Made by a program: the position numbers and the translations under genes. Source: Bugula neritina (Eukaryota > Animalia > Bryozoa). Taken from it: a stretch of 64,000 bases of DNA. Position 1 is the stretch's first letter, and every line of letters begins with the position of its first letter. This document shows, in pieces, positions 35,442 to 48,536 of the stretch. Under the pieces are notes generated by a model. That model saw nothing but the letters and a program-made list of their open reading frames with translations, did no database searches and was not told the DNA's origin. The stretch covers positions 744,001-808,000 of the forward strand of contig OZ037769.1 of the NCBI GenBank assembly GCA_964035545.1, given 5' to 3'.

Positions 35442-38400
35442 TTATGTGTATTGTTTGATGACATAGGGCCATGAGACGACAACCCCTTGCCCAGGACTCA
35501 ATTTGATCTCCGACAGATCTACCTCCTGGTCCAGAGAGTACTCTGTGACGTCTCCAGTAAGAGCTACAACAGTGGCCTGCGTCGAGCCATCAACCACCTT
35601 GGTAGTCATGTCAACTGTTTCCGCGATGTCACCAACATTGATTGACACCAAGTAGCTGCAGTGTCAGAATTGAAAGATTAGCACATGTATGAGTTGCTTA
35701 TGAGTCATTGGCAGGTGAGTGGCAGGTGAGTGGCAGGTGAGTGGCAAGTTTGGCAGGTGAGTGGCAGGTATCAATAATCAGACAAAATCTTGAAACACTA
35801 GGTATTATTTTTTTAAATTGAAACAAATAGATAGGAGCATTAATAGAAAAAAATTAGGAACAGGTTGAAAGATAATTTTACTAATTTTCCAAACAAAAGT
35901 AAAATCAATAATTAAAACAGAGCTTGCAACAGCAGGCGAAAAAGTTCAAAACTCACGTATTCATGCCGTCGAAGTATCTACGGAATGAGTAGATATTTTC
36001 TGTAACAATATGTTCAGCGAACTCTCCATACACAAAAGTGTCTTCTAGCCTAAGTTCTGTGAGGTTCCTGAAGACGGTGAGATGTGACGAGAGATCTACC
36101 GTCTCATTCTATGATGAAAAAGGATAGAGATTATGTGGTTGTCTAAACTTGAAGTCAGCATTTACTACTTGTATGTTACAAGTAGTAGACATTTACCTGC
36201 TCGTTATAAGTAGTCAAAACTTACCTGTATGTTACAAGTATTAGACACTTACTTGTACGTTATCAGTGGTAGACACTTACCTGTACGTTACAAGTGGTAG
36301 AAACTTACCTGTATGTTACAAGTAGTAGAAACTTACCTGTATGTTACAAGTAGTAGACACTTACCTGTACGTTATAAGTTGCAGCCGAAGGATTCACCAA
36401 GATATTACTGCAGTTAGTAGAAAATCCAGAACACTTTTGGTAATCAGGGTTCCACTGCATCACCGATCTGCTCAACCCCCGATTCTACAATACAGAAATA
36501 GTTGCATCCACCCCTTCTGCATACTTCTCACTATGAAAACTATGAACATGAAAATAAAACATCTTCAATCTTTTGTTTATGTATTTAAAATCTAATTTCT
36601 ATAAAAACAAGAAATAAATACAATTAGCTGTAAAAGAATGGAAACAGTTTAAAAACACTTTTTAAGGTTTTACTAGATATATTTTATAAACAAGGGAGGC
36701 AATTACCAGGTATGTTGAGGAGGAGGCACTGATCATTCCGATCTCGTCTCCATAGTAACTGGTTGATACTCCCGGCAGCAACAACAGCAGCATGTGAAGT
36801 ATGTCGAGTTTGTCTAGTCCAACTCTTGAGGCAACCCGGTGGCCATTTTGTTCTCCAAGCTGATCGGAAATAAATAATCGCCAGATATGAATCTACACTT
36901 ACCAATCAACAATTTATACTTCATTGAAAAAAGGAAATAAATCTCAAGTACTACATATTTAAAAAGTTATTTTCAAACGATAACACAACTCATCCATCTA
37001 TTGTACATATTGATGATGTTCTTTGTTATTATTGAGCAACTGGGCTATTATATTCAATATGATGTTATGTTAATGTATAGTAGTGCAATGTATAACTAGT
37101 CTATATAATAGTTGTACTCTCCTGCATTAAAAGTGCACACAACTCCACATTTCATGTACTGAATAGCATGCAATGTGTGAAAAACTCTAAGTTATATGAG
37201 CTACAAAGTTATTCATACCATCCATTGTATTGTAGAATGTTCCGGTAAATTATCAAGTGATTCACTGATCAGGTCACTAATAGCTACTCCATTTGTAACA
37301 TTTGTCACTTGCACTAGCTGATGGTTGAGTGGGAGGTGTGCTCCGCCGTTCCGTGTTTTACCGTAATAATCTTTTAGGTCACTCGGGCTACCCACTGTGT
37401 CTGTTATCATTATCCTGCGATACGAAATTTAAAATACAGTTAACCAATCAAAAGCTGTGAAACAATAAACAAACCAATCAATAGTTTAGTCACAACAACT
37501 CGACTTTTAGATGTTTTATAGCAGTTCTAATAAAAATGAAACTACTGAAACATGAAAATAACCTATCAGGAGTGTTGTAACATAAACCTAACCTATCAGG
37601 AGTGCCGTAACTGTCGAGTACTCCTCGCCACCTGTTCAACATGTCCAGAACTTCTGGCTGGTTTCTTGTCATGTTGTGATGCAGTGAGTCATAATCTTTC
37701 TGCAGTTACATAATACACTATATTATGCAATACAACCATCTCTTGAGTGTACAGAGGAGGATATAAGGGGTACAAAGGTGGATATCGGAAGGGGTACAGA
37801 GGTGGATACAGGAAGGGGTACTCACCACTGCGGAGGGGTTGGTGGACACCTCATCTCGCAGGTAAAGGTCTTCAAACAACCGATCAGCTGAGTCCACTTT
37901 CACACCATCCACTCCTTTGTCTAGCCAATACTTCAGAATATTCTGGAAATATCAGACCCAAATATGCAGAAAATTCTTAGAGGATAAATTATGATACACC
38001 ATATCAGGACGAATATGACTTTCAGGAGATATACGAGACGTTACTACTGCTATTACATATAATTTACTGCCAAAAAATAAGGAAAAGAACAGGAGGAGAT
38101 AAACTCACGTCTAGTTCTACTCTCACATCCTCGTTCCTCAGGTTGAGGTCAGGCATAGAGGATAGGTACTGGTGGAAGTAACACTGTCCTCTGATTGGAT
38201 GATACGTCCACGCAGGATCTCCCGAGATAGACAACTGTGACATGTGCAAAGTTATATTGATCTATATTATATTACAGAATATACTTTGTATTATATTACA
38301 GAATATACTTTATATTATATTACAGAATATACTTTGTATTATATTACAGAATATACTTTATATTATATTACAGAATATACTTTATATTATATTACAGAAT

Positions 38401-40814
38401 GTATGTTACATTATGTTACAGAATATACGTTATATTATATACTTTATATGTTATATAACAAAGTACACTTTATATCATATACTAGGGAGTAATCTCCCCT
38501 TAGACTGTTGACACATACCCAGTTGTTAGGAAGAGAAGGGTTAGCTTGAGTTCCACAATCTCTCCAGATATAATAGTTCTCATACAAGGGATCTCTGGCT
38601 ACGCTCCTCTCAAACCAGGTATGTTTGTCACTCGAGTGGTTCGGAATAAAGTCAATAACCAGTTTGAGACCTGCAAGGACGAACAGACAGATATAATGGA
38701 CGAACAGACAGACACCAACGAAATAAATACACTACATAATAAAAATATAGTATAATATTAATATAAAACAATATAATATAACAAACTACTTGACAAATGT
38801 AATACAAAACAATAAATTATAATAAATACAATATAAACATAGAAAAATATAATACACTACATAAAAATATAATATTAAGATAATAGAATACACTACATAA
38901 TAAACATATTATAATATAAAGATAATACAACACACTACATAAAAATATAACATATGATATATAATATATATATAACATATGATATAAAGAGAATACACTA
39001 CATAATATATAACATATGATATACAGAGAATACACTACATAATAAACACACAAGATATGTGAATATTCACCCTCAGCATGTATCTTCTCTAGCAGACTAT
39101 CAAAGTCCTCCAGACTGCCGTACCTTCCGTCCACATCTCTGTAGTCACTCACGTCATACCCATAATCCTCTACTGGACTCTTGTAAAACGCTCCTAACCA
39201 TATAGTCTCTACATGTAGCCCCTTGATGTAGTCCAACTTGCTCTTTATACCTGCACACAACATAGAACTAGCTCTCAGACTACACTGTGAAAAAAACAAA
39301 ACTGAGAGACACTGTGATACAAACTTTATAAACTGAATTATAGTATATGAGTAGTAACCCTTTTCTTGTAAACAAGGCAATGTGCTGATTCTTAATAAGC
39401 GGATATTAAGGTTTATAGAATATAAATTGTTATAAAAAATTTATTTCAGATTTAGTAGGTCATGTGACAAACTGAGCAGTAAACAGGTCATGTGACTGAC
39501 TGAGCAATAAGCTGGTCATGTGACTGAGCAGTAAGCAGGTCATGTGACTGAGCAGTAAGCAGGTCATGTGACTGAGCAGTAAGCAGGTCATGTGACTGAG
39601 CAGTAAGCAGGTCATGTGACTGAGCAGTAAGCAGGTCATGTGACTAAGCAGTAAGCAGGTCATGTGACTGACTCATACCAACCATTGAGGTCACCACTAC
39701 TATCCCCATCAGAGTCCAGGTAAGTTGCAGGGTAAATGTGATAGAAAGACGTCTTTTGCCACCATTGCATTGATGGTCGAAGTTTGCATCTACATTTGTA
39801 AAAGATGTTAGTAGAAAACATGCTGTGGCTGAAAAATCACACCATCTTATCATGTTGACATTTGTGTGACCTATACTTTGAACTGAGATAAATTTCAAAT
39901 ACTTTAACTAAAAGGATCAATTTACATTTCACTCACACACTTACTCGCACGCACACACTCACTCACTCACTCACTCACTTACTCTCCCAGTCTCTCTCTC
40001 ACTCACCCACTCACTCACTCACTTACCAACCAATAATATACAACAACTAAGCCCAAATCAATGAGCCATACCAATCACATCAGAACTAACCGAGGATGTG
40101 TCACAGTGATGTATATAACAGAACCTAGAAGGGCCACCCACGACCCCCAAAACACCAGCAGCAGTATCTTTCTGGCTCTCTTCCACCCTGGAGTGCCAGA
40201 GTGGTGGAGAACCATATCTTTGCCCATTCCAGCATATGGTGGCTACAATATACTTTAGATATACTACGTAATAGCTACTAATTACTAGTTAGTAGCTACT
40301 AGTTACTAAAGAGACCTCAATACAGAATACTTTAGATATAACAGTTACTAGTTACTAGCTACTAGAGAGAGAGATATAAATAGTGACTTGTGTCACAGCT
40401 CCAACACACAGACAGACAACAAGTATAACTCAACCTGATGACTCAACAGTAGGAATTGTCTACTCCCACATATCTCACTGTGTTCATTTTAGTTATTACT
40501 TGAATATTAAATGCTTGAAGATTTGTTTAAAATATCGATATTAAAAATACAACTACACTTGAAATTATGACAATAGAATTTGAGTAGGACAGTAGGGAGC
40601 ATTAGACAGCGAAAGATGCAGTTATCCATCTTGATCAAGTTCATTGTTTTGTCTATAACCTAAGATTACAATAGAAACTTACTGGCATCTCTTTGGAGGT
40701 GAAATCACGAGCCTCAGATACCTTTCCCTTTACATTAGTAGACAGTCCCGTTACGTCATCAGCAGACGTAGTTTGAGACTCAGTATCCTTCATATTTTCT
40801 TCGTTGTGCGACAT
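35442..40814 (-). CDS. SLC3-family amino-acid transporter heavy chain (rBAT/SLC3A1-like; GH13 alpha-glucosidase-fold ectodomain), 13 coding exons, 635 aa
   Basis: Exons 40814-40683, 40242-40091, 39789-39683, 39250-39071, 38670-38519, 38234-38109, 37942-37826, 37699-37593, 37414-37219, 36859-36707, 36484-36365, 36108-35957, 35655-35442. PYAGMGK motif, single TM (KILLLVFWGSWVALLGSVIYITV), post-TM Cys (HPRC), WWQK..FYHIYP, DYGYDVSDY, DFIPNHSSD and YYGDEIGM. Confidence 0.9.
35710..35770 (+). repeat. 11-bp repeat GGCAGGTGAGT, about 5.5 copies
   Basis: Directly visible in the last intron of the SLC3 gene, on the antisense strand. Confidence 0.85.
36160..36378. repeat. 28-bp repeat, about 7-8 copies, of exon end plus splice donor
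   Basis: Minus-strand unit TAACGTACAG|GTAAGTgtctactacttg; period 28 (36303 to 36331). Confidence 0.9.
38265..38430. repeat. 24-bp intronic repeat, about 7 copies
   Basis: Unit tatattatattacagaatatactt; source of ORFs 38242 and 38244. Confidence 0.85.
39458..39672. repeat. 24-bp intronic repeat, about 9 copies, beginning about 10 nt after the donor
   Basis: Unit ggtcatgtgactgagcagtaagca. Confidence 0.9.
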
Positions 40815-42043
40815 GTTTTCAGAAGTACAGACTGTAGAGTAAACTATTTGTATTTATATGAGGGGTAAGTAACACACTTACTCATGTAATCACCGTAACC
40901 CATGTTAATAGTTGTATAATGTAGTAGAATAAAATATGGCAATACAAGTATTAGTATAAATAATATAGTTTATCGTATGATGCAGTATAACTATAATATA
41001 ATAATATATAATGGTATAGTAATTATTAGTACAACTACATAACACAACATATATACAATAGTTGTATTATAACATAATATAATACTACACAGTACAATAT
41101 AACACTATAATGTAAGATGAACCAACAGAATATTTAGTACTGAACACTAACCTGCCTGTAGAGAAGCTGTGTAAAGACTGAATACACTGGAACCTCAAGT
41201 AGTAATGGATAGTTAACCTTCCAACAATGCACTCTAAACTCACACCCTATACTTATCACCACCAAGTGCCCTGACTTCTACAGAATGACGTCTGACAAAC
41301 GCTATCATTACCAGTTAGAGGTCTTTAATTTGTTATCACAAAGAGACTATGAATGGTAAAACAACACTAGAATATGTTATTATATGGCAGTGTTAGCCCC
41401 AGAGTCTAACGTACTTATATATACACGGTGGGGAGGTAACGAGGCCCGTAATAAAGGCTGGGAACATGGGCTATGTAAATTTAGATAAGGCTCATCAAAA
41501 GTAGATTATCAAAGGGGCTGAGAAGTGATAAAACGACTGAAGTAGTTACCATGTTTATTAGATAGATATAAAATGGTGCAGCAGTCTTAAAATCATAGTA
41601 AATCTCTATTCTCATAGGAGAAGAAGTGCTAGGGCATTGAGTTAGGTTATGAAGTGCAACTTTATTACTGACAGTATAGAGTATATAATATAAATATAAT
41701 ATCCTGGCAGAGTAATCATGGAACCTGAATGAGTGTAATACTGCATAGCAGAGTATAGAAGAGTTAACTTAAGAAGGGGGGGGGGTCCGCCTACCCCCAA
41801 CTCAATGGCACAGTGAGATCTTGGCTATGTCTATTCTTTGCACCCTGGAGAACAATAGAACACAGGCTACACAAAGAAAATTCTGGAAACTGTTTTCTCA
41901 GATAATAATTAGCTTGTTATTCTAAACATTGAGAATTTCACTGAATATAATAAGATAGTGTGTATATTGCTAACTAACCATAGTTGTACAAATAGGGGAG
42001 TATAGTTTACCTGTTTCACAGCCAGGTGTGCACCAGGCGTGCA

Positions 42044-45000
42044 CTAATCAACCCTGACTGTGTCCCTCACAGAAGCAAAGTTGGTATAGAAACTCTACAA
42101 TGTATATTATATAACATCATTACATAATACACAATGAACATTATATTATAATATTAAGGTGTGTTTATACTTATTCTGAAAAAGTGCATAGTTTCAGTTA
42201 TTTTAACCCAGCCAGTCTGGGCACATTACAGGGCTTTACTGGAACTCATTGAAATCATATTCATGTGGAAAATCACATTAAAATGACGGATTTTAATTAC
42301 AGTTTGATTGAATCAACCTTTTGACTGTGCTGGCAATTAAGTGCTAGTTGAAGCTAACTGAAAGAGTAAGTCTATATAAGGGATAATGAGAACATAATTG
42401 ACAACTTTCACTTGAGTCTTTGAAGCTTTATACAAGTGAATCATTTAACCCACAAGTAAGTCAGATACTGACATAGACTGTAGAGAAAGTGGTGGGGTGG
42501 GAGGGGAGTTATATACAGCCAGTGTCTACCTTGTACAGCTGTATGGCGTGGTGCACACTCGTAGTAGAACATTGCTCTCTGATGGAATGCATGGATAGTT
42601 GGGCGCCACCGATGTCTATAGTCGGTATGGCCAACTTCGCAGACATCATTGGGCCGATAGTGCTGCCACACGGGCTGTCGTTCTTCACGACAAAATCCTG
42701 TCACAGTATTACATAGTCACAGTATTACATAGTCACAGTATTACATAGTCACAGTATTACACAGTATTACATAGTCACAGTATTACATAGTCACAGTATT
42801 ACATAGTCACAGTAATACATAGTCACAGTATTACACAGTATTACATAGTCACAGTATTACATAGTCACAGTATTACATAGTCACAGTACTACATAGTCAC
42901 AGTATTACATAGTCACAGTATTACATAGTCACAGTATTATATAGTCACAGTATTACATAGTCACAGTATTACATAGTCACAGTATTACATAGTCACAGTA
43001 TTACACAGTATTACATAGTCACAGTATTACATAGTCACAGTATTACATAGTCACAGTAATACATAGTCACAGTATTACACAGTATTACATAGTCACAGTA
43101 TTACATAGTCACAGTATTACATAGTCACAGTACTACATAGTCACAGTATTACACAGTATTACATAGTCACAGTATTACATAGTCACAGTATTACATAGTC
43201 ACAGTAATACATAGTCACAGTATTACATAGTCACAGTATTACATAGTCACAGTATTACATAGTCACAGTATTACATAGTCACAGTATTACACGGTATTAC
43301 ATAGTCACAGTATTATATAGTCACAGTATTATATAGTCACAGTATTACACAGTATTACATAGTCACAGTACTACATAGTCACAGTATTACATAGTCACAG
43401 TATTACATAGTCACAGTACCACATAGTCACAGTACTACATAGTTACAGTACCACATAGTCACAGTATTACATAGTCACAGTATTACATAGTCACAGTATT
43501 ACATAGTCACAGTATACCTGCAGAGGCACGTCTGCTCTACCCGCGATCTCCCGCAGGACGGAGGCCGTCCAGGAGTTAGTCGTGTACCGCTGGTTGGTGT
43601 TGAACTTGAGAACTATCCCCTTGTGCATCTCCACGCTGTGGTTCTCCTCGTGTTTCGTCTTGTAGTTGGGGTTGACGGCGTGTGCCTGATCGGCGCTGAT
43701 CTGCAGAAAACAGGTGCATTGTGGGTATCATTAAACTACAGCAGTGATGTCTAACAGTAAACAGCAATGATGTCTTCACTGACAGGAAACAGCAACGATG
43801 TCTCCACTCACCATGTAGGAGTTGGCCATTGACCTCTGGAAGGAAGTCTCATCCTCTCCACCGGCGCAGAGACGCTGCAAGACAAACCTCTGGAAGTTGG
43901 AGTTAGCTCCCTGCGCGCTCGTTGAGCCAACCTCTTCGTGGTCAAAGAATCCTGCCACTCGAATACAGGGATCTGAGGCTAAGTCTTTGTCAGTGAAGCT
44001 GATCATAGCCTGTGAGTTAACAACAGCTTTCTATACTCCCGTATTAACATAGTATACCATATACTATTATAACACAATATAGTATAATAAGAATATAATA
44101 TTATAATAACATAATGTAATATTATATTATAGTAAATAGACATAATAATGAATCATATCAAGTTGAATAGTTGAAATATTTAACACTCAGTTTCCTGAAC
44201 CCACGAGTAATGAGACGAACCTGCAAAGCCGTGTAGACGTTGAACAGATTATCCAGTCTCGGGGCAAATACAAACTCATCCAAAGCACCTCCAAGATTCT
44301 GAAAAAGGAAAAAATAAAACTCCAACAATAGAGTTTCAGTGGCAAATAGTTTGTATAAAATCAATGCATTGGTTAGGAGACATTTGCTAAAGCAGACGTA
44401 TATCAAGTGACTAGTAAGCAGACGTATATCAAGTGATTAGTAAGCAGACGTATATCAAGTGATTAGTAAGCAGACGTATATCAAGTGATCAGTAAGCAGA
44501 CGTATATCAAGTGACTAGTAAGCAGACGTATATCAAGTGATTAGTAAGCAGACGTATATCAAGTGACTAGTAAGCAGACGTATATCAAGTGACTAGTAAG
44601 CAGACGTATATCAAGTGACTAGTAAGCAGACGTATATCAAGTGATTAGTAAGCAGACGTATATCAAGTGACTAGTAAGCAGACGTATATCAAGTGACTAG
44701 TAAGCAGACGTATATCAAGTGATTAGTAAGCAGACGTATATCAAGTGACTAGTAAGCAGACGTACATCAAGTGACTAGTAAACAGACGTATATCAAGTGA
44801 TCAGTAAGCAGACGTATATCAAGTGATCAGTAAGCAGACGTATATCAAGTGATTAGTAAGCAGACGTATATCAAGTGACTAGTAAGCAGACGTATATCAA
44901 GTGATTAGTAAGCAGACGTATATCAAGTGACTAGAAAGCAGACGTATATCAAGTGACTAGTAAGCAGACGTATATCAAGTGATCAGTAAGCAGACGTATA

Positions 45001-47504
45001 TCAAGTGACTAGTAAGCAGACGTATATCAAGTGACTAGTAAGCAGACGTATATCAAGTGACTAGTAAGCAGACGTATATCAAGTGACTAGTAAGCAGACG
45101 TATATCAAGTGACTAGTAAGCAGACGTATATCAAGTGACTAGTAAGCAGACGTATATCAAGTGACTAGTAAGCAGACGTATATCAAGTGATTAGTAAGCA
45201 GACGTATATCAAGTGACTAGTAAGCAGACGTATATCAAGTGACTAGTAAGCAGACGTATATCAAGTGATTAGTAAGCAGACGTATATCAAGTGACTAGTA
45301 AGCAGACGTACATCAAGTGACTAGTAAACAGACGTATATCAAGTGATCAGTAAGCAGACGTATATCAAGTGATCAGTAAGCAGACGTATATCAAGTGATT
45401 AGTAAGCAGACGTATATCAAGTGACTAGTAAGCAGACGTATATCAAGTGATTAGTAAGCAGACGTATATCAAGTGACTAGAAAGCAGACGTATATCAAGT
45501 GACTAGAAAGCAGACGTATATCAAGTGACTAGTAAGCAGACGTATATTAAGAGACTAGTAAGCAGACGTACTGCTGGCTGGTAGTCAGCGAGACAGAGCT
45601 CAAAGTCAGAGATATCAGCTACGGCCACACCGATCTCTTCAGCTATCAGGTTCAAGAGCAGAGGATGATGTTTATCTGATTGAACTCCGTTACCAACGTC
45701 TTCCTGTTCAACCAGCTGATTCTGGAAGGCAGTGGCTATCACAGGGCAGCTATCAAAAATGAAAACCAAAATAGAAACTGCGGCAGCAACGCTAGAAGTG
45801 GCAGCAGCAGAACCAAACTGTAACATGCGTAAGTATATCATCTGCCAACATACATTTCATTTTCAAAATTGGGAGAAAAGTTCTTGTTAATATCTCTCTG
45901 GAGGTGAATGGCAATGGAAGGGATTCTCATTAAAGGACGGTTGACATGGACAAGACGGTTAATAAGTTGGCCTTTTTCCTACAATAAGAATATAATATAT
46001 ATTAATAATAGAATATATACTAATAATAGAATATATGCTAAGAATAGAATATATACTAAGAATAATAACTATGTATAATATGTAAAGTCACTCATACCTT
46101 GACTATGGCTCTACCAGCCAGTCTCAGATCTCTATCAAACCAGGTGAGCCAGTTACCACCCCCATACAGCTCCACCCCTACCTGTAAATAGCCTACATTC
46201 TCTTTCTTAGACACTGGCTTCACCTACAAGAACATCAGGACATACTAGCTTACCTTTACATACTAAGAATACTAGTTGATATATATAACTATTTGATAGG
46301 CTGAATAAAACCCTAGTTGTATGCACAACAACTCAAAGATACAAGACAAGGTTTGATTGGCTAAATGACTGACTCTGATATAAGACAAGATTTGATTGGC
46401 TAAATGACTGACCCTGATACACGGGCTATCTGTGTGGGCGCCCATCAGACTGAATCCATTTCCTGGTTTATAGGCTCCTCCCACAGCAAAAGAGATGATA
46501 GTGGACATATTTCTTGTCACGAAATACTGCAAATGAACAAAGTAACAGTGAGGTAGCAGTGAAAGTAGAGCATTCTTTAGTGTGGCTACAGAAACAATCG
46601 AGGGGACAACATCAGCTCAACGAGCTAGACTCTGGAAAACTATACTCTCAAATACAACGTCGAGATAGTTGGAGTATTGATATAAATAATAAATGAGTTC
46701 TAATGGCTGAAAGAGCGTGACTGTATCTTTTTAACAAAGAGGAGGGAGCACTCTGAAAGTTAGCTTTTTATTTTGATAATCATGTTTAATAGGTTGAATT
46801 GACATACAAAACGAATGTTAAATCTACATAGCATACAAAACCACAGTTATAATTGTTTAATATTATACATGTCACTATACATTTCACATTACACCACACA
46901 TGTCACATGACACCACACATGTCACATAAAAATTCAAACTTGAAGAAACGGTTCGTGTCTCTGGTAGGAAATTGATCTCTAACCTTACTCATAGGTTTAA
47001 TGTCCCACTTGTCTGTCTCCTTGAGCTCCAGATATCCTGCAGCTAGCAGAGCTTTCTTACACTCGTGTACAGCTAAACAATATGTTTATAATCCCATAAT
47101 GCATTGCAGTTCTTCATTATTGAGAATATTACATAATGGGACACCTAATCTTATATGTACTGCATTATACACCACATAGTACCAGCAGAATATAGTGAAC
47201 TGCTCAACATAGGTGATAAAACCTGAGTTTATGATTGCTTTTTGTTGTTGAAACATTCACTACTCTCCACATACTGAGTAAAAATAATTATGTAATTAGA
47301 ATCAAGTTGATAGCTTGTCACATAGATTCTAACCAACTTACCATGCCACGGTGAGGGGGACTTACTTACCGTGCCATGGTGAGGGGGAATTACTTACCGT
47401 GCCACGGTGAGGGGGACTTACTTACCGTGCCATGGTGAGGGAGACTTGTTGATGAAGTCCACCATTCCCTGAGCAGTGCTGGTAATCAGCTGCCGACTCG
47501 CCAT
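42044..47504 (-). CDS. DNPEP: Aspartyl aminopeptidase (peptidase M18), 11 coding exons, 462 aa
   Basis: Exons 47504-47426, 47072-46984, 46526-46413, 46223-46098, 45978-45854, 45749-45572, 44298-44221, 44009-43812, 43700-43518, 42697-42530, 42094-42044. Motifs [47 protein letters not shown] and LSMHSIRE. Confidence 0.95.
42698..43517. repeat. 16-bp minisatellite, about 51 copies, forming an entire DNPEP intron
   Basis: Minus strand: CAG|gt-atactgtgactatgta-(n)-atactgtgac-ag|GAT. Confidence 0.95.
44388..45571. repeat. 26-bp minisatellite, about 45 copies, starting at a DNPEP donor
   Basis: Unit gactagtaagcagacgtatatcaagt; the first unit overlaps the GT at 45571. Confidence 0.95.
47335..47445. 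repeat. 28-bp repeat, 4 copies, of DNPEP first coding exon end plus donor
   Basis: Minus strand: CCCTCACCATGGCACG|GTAAGTAA repeated. Confidence 0.92.
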
Positions 47505-48129
47505 ATTTCACTGAATCTACACAGAGAACACAGGCTATAGCTGTATTCAACATATTTCAGTTGTAGTGTAAAACTAAATATTAAAATTAATGTTACCGAT
47601 TAGTAAATAATTAACACTAACTGACTTTGAGTACTATAACTTATAACATTAACTATAACTATAAGCATAAGTTAATAAATAATATGATACTAATTATTAG
47701 TATCAGTATTACTATTAAAATTACTTGTATTATAAATTTATTAGCTTATGACTATAACGAATACTAATACTGTAATAGTAATAGTTATACTTATACTACG
47801 AGTAAACAATCAATTACTGAATTAGTATTACACTTACAGTATAACTGTATAACTATAAGACCTAAAGAGTAAGGGCTAAGACTAAGAGTAGGCTTAAGTT
47901 TAAAATTAATGCACAATTACTATTACTTTTACTTATTAGTATTACTAATAGTATTACATTTACTGTATTACTATTACTATTACTATTAGTATTAGTATTA
48001 GACTTTGTATTACTATTACTACTATTAGTATTAGTATTACTATAAGTATAAGTATTACATTTACTCTCACTCTGAGAGCAATTTAAATATACTGCACAGT
48101 GCACCGTCTACTGCTAATAGTAATAGTCA

Positions 48130-48536
48130 TAGTAAATACACTTTAAAGCCCCTTACACTAAAAAATGTTTAGAGTTTTGTAAAATAAACTTCCTAGTCTC
48201 CTAAAACTTCAAGTCTTCATTTGTGTCCAACCAACTGTAAATCTTAGAATAATATATAATGGACTCGTGTAACCTTCGATTTCCTACAGCTGTATGTGCC
48301 CTTTGACCCTTCAATGCTACCGCTAATCAAGATCTCGGAGCGATCTTTCGAAAGGTAGACAATCCGTCCGTTAATAAGATAACCTCCAGGCTAGGCCATA
48401 ATCGCTTGCTATAACAACGAGCTAGTTGCGATGAAAGAATAGGAAAAACTGAAAGTGGAAGCACGAGACCCAAGACAAAAAAGAAATTAAAATTGTAAAT
48501 GATTAAATCGATCTTCGAGCTTTAATTCTTTCAACA
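48130..48536. promoter_or_regulatory. Probable shared head-to-head promoter region of DNPEP and MAT
   Basis: Divergent ATGs about 1 kb apart. DNPEP has an acceptor just upstream of its ATG (about 47517), and there is a CpG-richer patch at 48260-48520. Confidence 0.5.
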
